Positions 26,691 through 35,390 of a DNA stretch of 64,000 nt are shown one piece after another. The translations under genes and the position numbers were made by a program. The stretch lies in the NCBI GenBank assembly GCA_034677965.1, contig JAXDCM010000100.1:5115-69114 (forward strand), in the 5' to 3' direction. The stretch comes from Syntrophales bacterium (GTDB taxonomy: Bacteria > Desulfobacterota > Syntrophia > Syntrophales > UBA5619). Below the pieces are notes generated by a model. That model was not told the origin of the DNA. It searched no databases and worked only from the letters and a program-made list of their open reading frames with translations. The first letter of the stretch is position 1; each line of letters begins with the position of its first letter.

Positions 26691-26911
26691 GCAACTGTAC
26701 CCAATTCAATCTGAGGAACTTCCGGTTTAGGATCCCGGGTGATCTCCCCGATAAGTCTGAGGATCGAGAGGGACGATTTCGTGAATAATCCTTCCCCTGT
26801 TATAAGCCGCTCAAGATCTGCAAGAGGGAATGCTATTATCTTATTTCTTCCACTTGGGTTTGTATGTTCAAATAGCGCCCAAAACAGAGGATCGCTTGCC
26901 AATATCCGCGA

Positions 26912-28303
26912 TCAAAGCATGAAGATGGCCACGATGATGACCCCGACAAACCCGGCCATGGCGGGCCACAGGTTCCTGCGGGCGATCTCGATGGGGTCTG
27001 AGCCGGTGATGGCTGCCGCCGGGATCAGGGCCCAGGGGATGATCGTCCCTCCTCCGACGGCGACTGCGAAGAACTGGCCCAGCGCTCCAAGCGTAGCCAC
27101 ATCAAGCTGTGTGGGCCCGCCAAGTGCCTGTGCGAGGGTGCCCACCAGCGGTAGCCCCGAGAATCCCGATCCGTCAAGGCCTGTGATCCCCCCGACCACC
27201 GCCTGGATGATGGCGATCGGCACGGCGCTCAGAGGGACGGCGTTCGCGAGGGCCTGCCCCAGGTCGAACAACAGCCCCTTGGCCCCATCGCCGAAGATCG
27301 CCTTGGCCGTTCCGGGAGAGCCCATGAAGAAGAAGGCCGCGATGATCAGCACCGGGGCGAAGATCTTGATGCCGAACTGAAATCCCGCCCGGATATGCTC
27401 GGTGAGCTTTTCGAACCCTTCTTTACCGTACCCCCCGATTGCGACAAAAACCATGACGATCCCGACGGTCCCTCCCAGAAGGGCCGTCGCGTCACCCCCG
27501 CGAAGCTTCAGAACGAGCATTCCCACCACGTCAAGCGCGAAAAGAGCGGCAATGACGGGCAGGGCGATCTTCTTGAATCCCGGGTTTGCGGACTGCCATT
27601 TCTCCCTCTCCTTGGCCGCCTCCGCGGAGAGCTCGAAAGGGGCCCACTCAATGGGCCTTCCCCCGTTGGCCCGGATGTCCCGTCTGACGGACCTGAAAGA
27701 AAGGGGCAGCGCGATGACGGCCCAGATCAGCATCAGCGGAAAGCTTTTCCACATGACGGTGTCGACGGTGATCCCGGCCGCCTTGGCGGTGATCCCCGGC
27801 GCGCCCTGGATGATGAAGTCCGTCGTCAACGCGCAGCCGTAACCGAACATGCTGATGGCCATGGCCGCGTTGATGGGCGAAAGGCCCGCCTTGATCGCCG
27901 CCGGGAGCAGCAGGGCCCCCACGAGCGCAATGGCCGGCGACGGCCAGAGGACCCAGGCCACGAGCATGATGACGACCCCCATGACCCAGAAGGCCACCGC
28001 CGGCGAGACAAGCATCTTCTGCACCGGCCGAAACATCATCTCTGCAATACCGATTTCTTCCAGCATCTTCGCCATCGCAACGATAATCGAGATGATGGCG
28101 ATGATCCCCAGCAGTTCGGTGAAGGCAACGGTCAGGGAGTTGAACACCGCCTGAACGGCCTTGACGAAACTGCCCGTAACCACCCAGGCCAGTACGAGGG
28201 AAGCGACAATGCAGACAATGGGCGTCTCCTTCCGCATGGCCATGGTGACGAGCACGACGACGATGAAAAAAGCATAGACCCAGTGCGCAAACGTCAGTTC
28301 CAT
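26912..28303 (-). CDS. ion-transporter-superfamily permease (CitMHS/GntP/NhaC-like), substrate unknown
   Basis: 463-aa highly hydrophobic protein with a central hydrophilic loop (RRDIRANGGRPIEWAPFELSAEAAKEREKW). AGGAGGG SD. The start lies 1 nt after the upstream stop. Confidence 0.65.
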   Translation of the reverse strand: MELTFAHWVYAFFIVVVLVTMAMRKETPIVCIVASLVLAWVVTGSFVKAVQAVFNSLTVAFTELLGIIAIISIIVAMAKMLEEIGIAEMMFRPVQKMLVSPAVAFWVMGVVIMLVAWVLWPSPAIALVGALLLPAAIKAGLSPINAAMAISMFGYGCALTTDFIIQGAPGITAKAAGITVDTVMWKSFPLMLIWAVIALPLSFRSVRRDIRANGGRPIEWAPFELSAEAAKEREKWQSANPGFKKIALPVIAALFALDVVGMLVLKLRGGDATALLGGTVGIVMVFVAIGGYGKEGFEKLTEHIRAGFQFGIKIFAPVLIIAAFFFMGSPGTAKAIFGDGAKGLLFDLGQALANAVPLSAVPIAIIQAVVGGITGLDGSGFSGLPLVGTLAQALGGPTQLDVATLGALGQFFAVAVGGGTIIPWALIPAAAITGSDPIEIARRNLWPAMAGFVGVIIVAIFML

Positions 28304-28304
28304 G

Positions 28305-29585
28305 TCAATTCCCTCCTTTGAAAATATCGAGAAGACCGGCCTTGTTCACCCTTTTCAAAACGGCGGCACGCTCCATTGTGTAGAGGCCCATTTCCTTCAT
28401 TCTTTCGAAATACACCGAGCCCGAAAAGGTGAACTTGCAGCCAAGACCCTCTTCAGTGCCCATCTGTTCCCGCACAAATCCGATGGCATCGCCCGCCGCC
28501 AGAGAACGGGGAAGGACCAAAGGCCGATCGCCCCGGATAAGCCGGACGGCATTGAAGCCTGCGAGCGTTCCCGTGACAATCGCCTCCGTATGTCCCACAA
28601 GCAGGCCCGCCTTTTCCCCCGCACAGAAGAGATTTTCGACCCCCTGCACCTTCAGGCCGTCGTCCCGCGGCGACATGCCCACGTAACGTATGGAGTTGCC
28701 CATCCCCCCGGCATAGGGATCTTCGTAGCGTGCATACTCAAACCCCCCGATTTTCCGCAGGGCCGCCAACGGGAAGAAGGGGACCATGAGCTTGGCGTGC
28801 CCCGTGTCGAGCAGGACGAGATTCGCCTTGAATTCAGGAATGGCGTACTGTTGGCAGGCCTTGATCGAAGTCTGCACTTCCTTCTGCAGCGAAACGGGAA
28901 TGGGGATGACGGCAACCCCTTTGCGGTTCAGTTCCCCGACAATGTCCGTCGAGAGAGACTCCTTCAGGAGTTTGCAGGACCCGCTCATGGCGCCGATCTG
29001 GCTTCCTTTTTTGCCTACGAGTTCACGAACGCCGCAGAGGGCCGTGACGCTTGCCCGACCCCCGAAAGTCAGGCAGCGAAGAACACAGAGAACGCAGCCG
29101 TTTCCGTACTTCGTACACTGACCGGGCGGGCCCGCCGTCCCCGTTGCATCGACATAGGCGCCGGCCGAAAAACGGACCGTCTCGTCTCCTTCCTTGCCGA
29201 GAATGGCGGCAATGGCGCCGTCCTTCATTGCCACGTCGTTGACGCGAGTGGCCATCCGGATTTCGACTCCCTTGGATTCCAGGAAGGCCCGGACGATGGG
29301 TTCCATCGTGGCCACGTTGTAGAGCGACGCGTGCGGATGTCCGGGAAACTCGATGTTGCGGTGGAGGGAGTTGGCGTCCGTCAACTGGAAGAGATCGCCC
29401 CCTCCCATGGCGAGCATCTCTTCGGCGGCAGTGAAACGGCCGTTGTTGCGCATGATCCCGCCCACGAGCCCCGTGCCTAAAAGCATGTCCGTGCGCTCGA
29501 TAAGGGTGACCTCGGCGCCCTGTTTTCTGGCGGAGAGGGCGGCAGCGCATCCCGCCCAACCCGCTCCGATGACGGCAACCTTCAT
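28305..29585 (-). CDS. FAD-dependent oxidoreductase (GidA/TrmFO-like fold) with internal four-Cys motif
   Basis: N-terminal KVAVIGAGWAGCAAAL. Internal CX6CX2CX3C (CTKYGNGCVLCVLRC). GGAGAGGA SD. Confidence 0.7.
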   Translation of the reverse strand: MKVAVIGAGWAGCAAALSARKQGAEVTLIERTDMLLGTGLVGGIMRNNGRFTAAEEMLAMGGGDLFQLTDANSLHRNIEFPGHPHASLYNVATMEPIVRAFLESKGVEIRMATRVNDVAMKDGAIAAILGKEGDETVRFSAGAYVDATGTAGPPGQCTKYGNGCVLCVLRCLTFGGRASVTALCGVRELVGKKGSQIGAMSGSCKLLKESLSTDIVGELNRKGVAVIPIPVSLQKEVQTSIKACQQYAIPEFKANLVLLDTGHAKLMVPFFPLAALRKIGGFEYARYEDPYAGGMGNSIRYVGMSPRDDGLKVQGVENLFCAGEKAGLLVGHTEAIVTGTLAGFNAVRLIRGDRPLVLPRSLAAGDAIGFVREQMGTEEGLGCKFTFSGSVYFERMKEMGLYTMERAAVLKRVNKAGLLDIFKGGN

Positions 29586-29766
29586 GGGGTCCTCTCCGGA
29601 ATGCTTTGAGGCATCCTTTCTATCTTTTTCTCTCTGAACTTGTGAATGAGGCTGGTGTGATTATGTTAATAAGGATTAGAAGCTCGCCGGCCAGACGATA
29701 CGGAACGTCACCTTCGATGTCAAGAGGATTTTAACAGGAGAGTGTGACAGGTCACAAGTTAATTTC

Positions 29767-29794
29767 TTGACTCTAAATCAAAGCCATAATAAAT
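29767..29794 (+). promoter_or_regulatory. candidate sigma-70 promoter upstream of purB
   Basis: TTGACT (29767-29772), a 16-nt spacer, then ATAAAT (29789-29794), in an AT-rich 310-bp spacer. Confidence 0.3.
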
Positions 29795-29895
29795 GTCTAA
29801 ATCAAGAAGGACCATTCGTTGAAGAATTCAAAAACCATGGACGATGAATTGCAGAACCATCCGTTTTCCATGTTTTGAAAAGGAGGAATCAAAGG

Positions 29896-31197
29896 TTGAT
29901 CAGCCGGTATTCACGAGAGAGGATGGAAGCGATCTGGAGTCCGGAAAACCGTTACCGAAAGTGGTTGGATATCGAAATCCTGGCCTGTGAGGCCATGGCA
30001 AAGCGGGGCGAAATTCCGGACGAATCGTTGAGGAATATCCGGGAAAAGGCCGCTTTCGATGTCGCAAGAATCGATGAAATCGAAAAAACGACAAAACACG
30101 ATGTGATCGCCTTTCTCACTTCGGTCACGGAAAAGGTCGGCGAGGACGGCCGTTTCATTCATCGGGGATTGACCTCCTCCGACATTCTGGATACCTCGTT
30201 GGCGCTGCTTTTGCGAGAGGCAGCGGGTATACTGATCGAGGATCTGGATCTGCTGCTGGCGGCGCTTCGAAAAATGGCCTTGAAACATCGAAACACACCC
30301 ATGATCGGACGTTCACATGGGATCCATGCGGAGCCGATCACCTTCGGTCTCAAGATGTGCCTCTGGTATGCGGAAATGCAGAGGAACCGGGATCGGTTGG
30401 TCCGGGCAAGGGACACGATCAGCGTCGGGAAACTTTCCGGAGCGGTGGGGACCTTTTCATTTGTCGATCCGGCCATTGAAGAGTATGTCTGTGAAAAGCT
30501 GTCGCTGAAGCCGGCGCCTGCCTCTTCGCAGATCGTTCAGCGTGACCGTCATGCAGAGTATTTCTCGACACTCGCCATCATTGCATCGTCCATAGACAAG
30601 TTTGCGCAAGAGATCCGGCTTCTTCAGAGGACCGAGGTTCGTGAAGCCGAGGAGTATTTCTCGCCGGGGCAGAAGGGATCTTCCGCCATGCCCCACAAAC
30701 GCAACCCTGTGCTGTCGGAGAACCTTTCGGGGCTGTCCCGGCTGATGCGCTCCTATGCCGTGGCGGCATTGGAGGACATGGCCCTTTGGCACGAGAGGGA
30801 CATCAGCCATTCGTCCGTGGAGAGGGTGATCGGTCCCGATGCGACAATCCTTCTTGATTTCATGCTGAATCGATTTACCGGTCTGATCGATCATCTTGTC
30901 GTTTATCCGGAGAGAATGCTTGCCAATATCGGCATGACAAGGGGGGTGATCTTTTCGCAGACCGTTCTGTTGAAGCTGATCGAAAAGGGGGTTACCCGCG
31001 AGGAAGCCTATGCCATTGTCCAGCGAAACGCCATGCGGTCCTGGCAGGAGGGGCTCGAATTCAAGGAGCTGCTGCTGCAGGATCCGGAGGTGAGCTCCCG
31101 AATCAAGACGGAAGATCTTGACGACGCATTCCAGATCGGCCATTTCCTGAAAAAGGTGGATTTCATCTTCGATCGGGTTTTCGGGAACCGATTCTGA
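29896..31197 (+). CDS. purB: adenylosuccinate lyase
   Basis: The N-terminus RYSRERMEAIWSPENRYRKWLDIE and the fumarate-lyase signature GSSAMPHKRNP. TTG 29896 with AGGAGG 9 nt upstream is preferred over ATG 29875. Confidence 0.9.
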   Translation: MISRYSRERMEAIWSPENRYRKWLDIEILACEAMAKRGEIPDESLRNIREKAAFDVARIDEIEKTTKHDVIAFLTSVTEKVGEDGRFIHRGLTSSDILDTSLALLLREAAGILIEDLDLLLAALRKMALKHRNTPMIGRSHGIHAEPITFGLKMCLWYAEMQRNRDRLVRARDTISVGKLSGAVGTFSFVDPAIEEYVCEKLSLKPAPASSQIVQRDRHAEYFSTLAIIASSIDKFAQEIRLLQRTEVREAEEYFSPGQKGSSAMPHKRNPVLSENLSGLSRLMRSYAVAALEDMALWHERDISHSSVERVIGPDATILLDFMLNRFTGLIDHLVVYPERMLANIGMTRGVIFSQTVLLKLIEKGVTREEAYAIVQRNAMRSWQEGLEFKELLLQDPEVSSRIKTEDLDDAFQIGHFLKKVDFIFDRVFGNRF

Positions 31198-31201
31198 ATC
31201 G

Positions 31202-32815
31202 TCAACGCCAGAGTTCCTCCCGGGAGACGACCGTGTCCTTCAGCCAGACCCGGTCATTTTTCTCGGGATAGTCCAGGTTGTAATGGAGCCCCCGGCTTTC
31301 CTTGCGCATCCGGGCGCAGACGACGATCAGTTTTGCGGCCAATGCGATGTTTCTCAGCTCCAGCAGATCCCGCGTGACAATGAAATTCCGGTAATAATCT
31401 TCAATCTCCCGGCTGATGAGATCGATCCGCCGTTGCGCCCTTTCCAGCCGTTTGTCGGAGCGAACGATTCCGACATAGTTCCACATGAATCGGCGGATTT
31501 CATCCCAGTTGTGCGACACGACGATGGATTCGTCACTTTCAGTGGCTCCCCGGGGATCCCAGGGCGGGACATCGATGGAAACCTCCTCCGCGGCGGGCAG
31601 GAGGTCGGCGATGCGCAGGAAGGAACGATGCGAGAAGACGATCGCTTCCAGCAAGGAATTGCTTGCAAGGCGATTTGCGCCGTGCAATCCCGTGCAGGAA
31701 ACCTCTCCACACGCAAAAAGGCCCGGAATGCTTGTTTCCCCCATCTCGTTCACGATGACCCCGCCGCATAGGTAGTGTTCGGCAGGCACGACCGGCACGG
31801 GGTCTTTTGCCATGTCGATCCCGAATTCCAGGCATTTTTCATAAATGTTCGGAAAACGGGACAGAAGGAAATCCCGTTCTCGATGAGTGATGTCGAGCAG
31901 GACGCAATCATCCCCGGATTTTTTCAACTCGGTGTCGATGGCCTTGGCCACCACGTCGCGTGGGGCGAGGCTTTTCATGGGATGGTATTTTTCCATGAAC
32001 GGGTCGCCGTTTTTCAGTTTGAGAATCCCCCCCTCTCCGCGCACCGCCTCGCTGATGAGGAAAGATTTGGCCGCCGGATGGAAAAGGCAGGTCGGATGAA
32101 ATTGAATAAACTCCATGTTGGCGATCTTTGCGCCGGCCCGGTATGCCATGGCAATTCCATCCGCCGTGGCGATGTCGGGATTTGTCGTGATCAGATAAAC
32201 TTTGCCTGCGCCCCCGGTGGACAGCATGACGAATTTTGCCCGAAACGTAAGGACTTGACCGGATGGGATATCCAGCACATAGGCGCCGAGGCATCGGTCG
32301 GGCTCGATCCTCCTGCCGAGGGCGGCAGATTTCATGACCAGATCTATCGCAATATGGTTCTCGAAGATTCGGATCCGGTCATTTTTTGCCGCCATCTTAT
32401 GTAAAGCCCGTTCGATCTCTTGTCCTGTCAGATCGCGGGCATGGACAACCCTCCTTCGGGAGTGGCCACCCTCACGGCCGAGATCGAAGGTTGACGAATC
32501 CTCATCGGAACGGGTGAATTCGACGCCCCATTTCACCAGTTCGCGAAGCCTGTCCGGGCCTTCCGATACCACAAAACGGACGACTTTTTCATTCGAGAGG
32601 CCTGCCCCACAGGTCAGGGTGTCTTCGATGTGATAATCGAAACGGTCCGTCCGATCCTGGACGACGGCGATTCCGCCCTGGGCCAGATTGGTATTCGAGT
32701 CGGTTTTGTCCTTCTTGGTGACCATCGCGACGGTGCCCAGTTCCGCCGCCTTGATCGCAAAGCTCAAACCGGCGATGCCGGTGCCCAAAACAAGAAAATC
32801 GGTATGGATTTCCAT
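31202..32815 (-). CDS. nadB: L-aspartate oxidase
   Basis: DFLVLGTGIAGLS and NTNLAQGGIA. The 537-aa FrdA-type flavoprotein layout is typical of NadB. Confidence 0.88.
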   Translation of the reverse strand: MEIHTDFLVLGTGIAGLSFAIKAAELGTVAMVTKKDKTDSNTNLAQGGIAVVQDRTDRFDYHIEDTLTCGAGLSNEKVVRFVVSEGPDRLRELVKWGVEFTRSDEDSSTFDLGREGGHSRRRVVHARDLTGQEIERALHKMAAKNDRIRIFENHIAIDLVMKSAALGRRIEPDRCLGAYVLDIPSGQVLTFRAKFVMLSTGGAGKVYLITTNPDIATADGIAMAYRAGAKIANMEFIQFHPTCLFHPAAKSFLISEAVRGEGGILKLKNGDPFMEKYHPMKSLAPRDVVAKAIDTELKKSGDDCVLLDITHRERDFLLSRFPNIYEKCLEFGIDMAKDPVPVVPAEHYLCGGVIVNEMGETSIPGLFACGEVSCTGLHGANRLASNSLLEAIVFSHRSFLRIADLLPAAEEVSIDVPPWDPRGATESDESIVVSHNWDEIRRFMWNYVGIVRSDKRLERAQRRIDLISREIEDYYRNFIVTRDLLELRNIALAAKLIVVCARMRKESRGLHYNLDYPEKNDRVWLKDTVVSREELWR

Positions 32816-32840
32816 GGTTGTCTATGTCCTGAAATGTTTG

Positions 32841-32887
32841 TTTACAAATATGGCGATTTTTATATATATTTTCGCGTCATTTGTAAA
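32841..32887. promoter_or_regulatory. large imperfect palindrome in the nadB/tsaD divergent promoter region
   Basis: TTTACAAAT (32841-32849) and ATTTGTAAA (32879-32887) are exact reverse complements. Inner GCGA/TCGC arms are symmetric about the same centre. The core is AT-rich (TTTTTATATATATTTT). Confidence 0.35.
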
Positions 32888-32913
32888 AGAAAATCTGCTT
32901 GGGAGTCGGTTTG

Positions 32914-33921
32914 ATGGTTGTTCTGGGTATAGAAACCTCCTGCGACGAAACGGCGGCTTCGGTGGTCGTGGACGGGACAGTTGCCCTTTCCAATGTGATT
33001 GCGTCGCAGATCAAGGTGCATGAACGTTACGGAGGCGTTGTTCCCGAAATCGCGTCGCGCAAACATATCGAAGCGATCATTCCGGTAATCCTGCAGGCCC
33101 TGGAGGATGCAGGCACCTCCCTTGACGGGATTGACGCCGTTGCCGTGACGAGAGGTCCGGGGCTGATCGGATCCCTTCTTGTCGGATTGTCGGTGGCCAA
33201 GGCACTCGCATTTTCACAACGTTTGCCGCTGGTCGGGGTCAATCATCTCGAGGGACACGTAGCGGCGTCCTTCCTGATGGAAAATCCACCGACTTTTCCT
33301 TTTGTCGCACTGGTGGTTTCGGGCGGACATACGACCATTTACCGGGTCGAGGATTTTCAGCGATTCTCCGTGCTGGGCCAGACGAGGGATGACGCGGCCG
33401 GCGAGGCCTTCGACAAGGCCGCAAAACTCCTGGGGATCGGTTACCCGGGAGGCGTGGTGATTGACCGGATTGCCAAGCAGGGCAACCACAAGGCATTTCC
33501 CTTCCCACGGGCGATGCGGGACAGCCTGGATTTTAGTTTCAGCGGACTCAAGACCTCCCTACTCTCCTGTCTCAAAAAACGGAAAGCTCCTTTTTCATCC
33601 GAAGAATTGCCCGATCTGACGGCATCGTATCAGGAGGCCATTTGCGACGTTTTGGTGGAGAAGACCCTTCGAGCTGCCGCGCAGATTTCAGCGACCCGAA
33701 TCGTCGTATGCGGCGGGGTTGCTGCAAACAGCCGCCTCCGTGAACGTTTCCTGTCCGATGCGGCCGACGCAGGAATGGAGGTTTTCATTCCTCCTCCCGT
33801 ATTTTGCACGGATAACGCGGCCATGATCGCTACGGTCGGAACACACCTCATCAGGGCGGGCCGGACGGAGGGTTTGAACCTGAATGCCGTTTCGCGCTGG
33901 CCCCTTGCGGTTCAGCCATGA
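32914..33921 (+). CDS. tsaD: tRNA N6-adenosine threonylcarbamoyltransferase
   Basis: LGIETSCDETAASVV, NHLEGH and GGVAAN signatures of Kae1/TsaD. Confidence 0.9.
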   Translation: MVVLGIETSCDETAASVVVDGTVALSNVIASQIKVHERYGGVVPEIASRKHIEAIIPVILQALEDAGTSLDGIDAVAVTRGPGLIGSLLVGLSVAKALAFSQRLPLVGVNHLEGHVAASFLMENPPTFPFVALVVSGGHTTIYRVEDFQRFSVLGQTRDDAAGEAFDKAAKLLGIGYPGGVVIDRIAKQGNHKAFPFPRAMRDSLDFSFSGLKTSLLSCLKKRKAPFSSEELPDLTASYQEAICDVLVEKTLRAAAQISATRIVVCGGVAANSRLRERFLSDAADAGMEVFIPPPVFCTDNAAMIATVGTHLIRAGRTEGLNLNAVSRWPLAVQP

Positions 33922-34367
33922 TCCTGAAAAAACGATTCGCGACCTTCTATGAGAAGTTTATCAGCCTTCAAGGAGAACCGGCGAGAATCGCGGCGGGTAT
34001 CGCGCTGGGTGTTTTTGTCGGTGTCACCCCGACCATTCCGTTTCACACGGTAATCATTATTCTGATCAGCTTCCTCTTCCGTCAAAACCTGACAGCCGGT
34101 TACCTCGGTTCTTGGGTGATATCCAATCCGCTGACCATTCCGCTGTTTTATGGATCGCAGTACGAACTCGGCCGCCTTCTGCTGGGAATGGAGCGTTGTC
34201 ATTTCGAGTTTCACGATTATACCTTCAGCACCGTTACGACGCTGGGCTCGCAAATTATGATCCCCCTTTTGACGGGAGGGATTCTGATGGCCCCATTCTT
34301 TTCCATCCTTGCGTATTGGATCGCATATCGATTGGCCAAAGCGTTCAGAAATCGGGGGATGCCTTGA
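33918..34367 (+). CDS. DUF2062-family membrane protein
   Basis: 149 aa with GIALGVFVGVTPTIPFHTVI and NPLTIPLFYG segments typical of DUF2062. The start overlaps the tsaD stop. Confidence 0.65.
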   Translation: MILKKRFATFYEKFISLQGEPARIAAGIALGVFVGVTPTIPFHTVIIILISFLFRQNLTAGYLGSWVISNPLTIPLFYGSQYELGRLLLGMERCHFEFHDYTFSTVTTLGSQIMIPLLTGGILMAPFFSILAYWIAYRLAKAFRNRGMP

Positions 34368-34381
34368 TCTCCGTCCGGAAG

Positions 34382-35239
34382 ATGCTGGACCATTATCAGA
34401 TTCGTCCCCAAAAAAGGTTGGGGCAGTCCTTTCTGAAGGATGTGAATATCATCCGCAAGATTGTCGAGATCGCGGATCCTGGCGGCGATCAGACGATTGT
34501 TGAAATCGGTGCCGGTCTCGGCCTGCTGACGGAAAAACTGGCGGAAAAAGCCGAAAAGGTCATCGCCATCGAAATCGACGCACGGCTTGAAAAGGCATTG
34601 CGCAACCGTTTTGAAGGAAAGGAGAGTGTGGAGGTTCTTGGAATGGATGTCCTTGATTATGATTTTTCCTCTGCCTGCCGGGGTGGAAAAATCAAGGTCG
34701 TCGGAAACATACCCTACCACATCTCCACGCCGATTCTTTTTCGTTTGCTCGAATTTAGACGATCGATTTCCGCCATGACATTGATGTTTCAGAAGGAACT
34801 GGCGGACCGGATTATGGCCATTCCGGGAACGAAACAGTATGGATTGCCGTCAGTCATGGTGGCGAGTCGGGCAATAGTCGATTGCATTTTGAATGTTCCC
34901 CCGGCCTGTTTTTATCCGGTGCCCGGTGTTTCTTCATCAATCCTGCGGTTCACATTTCGGGAAGGGAAGTTTCCATTTTCCGAGCCGCTGTTCGATCAAA
35001 TTGTGCGGATGTCTTTTGCACAACGAAGGAAAACCCTGTGGAACAACCTCCGTCGTACCGGTCTTCCGGATGCAACCGCCGCGATGATATTCGACAAAAG
35101 CGGCATTGACCGGACAAGAAGGGCGGAAACACTGTCGGTGGATGATTTTTGCCGGTTGACCAGGGCATGGACCGAAAGCGGTGCCGTCAACGACCCCGGT
35201 CGAATTGCCGTTCAGCACAGAGAGAGTCGGGGGGAATGA
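34382..35239 (+). CDS. rsmA: 16S rRNA (adenine1518/1519-N6)-dimethyltransferase
   Basis: LGQSFLKD, SAM motif VEIGAGLGLLT, and GNIPYHISTPI. An alternative TTG start at 34364 overlaps the upstream stop. Confidence 0.85.
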   Translation: MLDHYQIRPQKRLGQSFLKDVNIIRKIVEIADPGGDQTIVEIGAGLGLLTEKLAEKAEKVIAIEIDARLEKALRNRFEGKESVEVLGMDVLDYDFSSACRGGKIKVVGNIPYHISTPILFRLLEFRRSISAMTLMFQKELADRIMAIPGTKQYGLPSVMVASRAIVDCILNVPPACFYPVPGVSSSILRFTFREGKFPFSEPLFDQIVRMSFAQRRKTLWNNLRRTGLPDATAAMIFDKSGIDRTRRAETLSVDDFCRLTRAWTESGAVNDPGRIAVQHRESRGE

Positions 35240-35346
35240 CTTGAAAAGGCTTGACATTCGGGAGTGCAACTGTTAAAGGGGAACCGCGCTTGGATCCGGA
35301 AACGGACCGAGACGATACGGCTTGAGAATTCATTGATACCGAAAGG

Positions 35347-35377
35347 GCCTCTCGTCTATGGCGATGAGGCTTTTTTT
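35347..35377 (+). terminator. intrinsic terminator-like hairpin 14 nt upstream of the panC start (rsmA terminator or panC leader attenuator)
   Basis: Stem GCCTCTCG / CGA(T)GAGGC with a 7-nt loop, followed by TTTTTTT (35371-35377). Confidence 0.5.
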
Positions 35378-35390
35378 GTGGGGATGGGCC

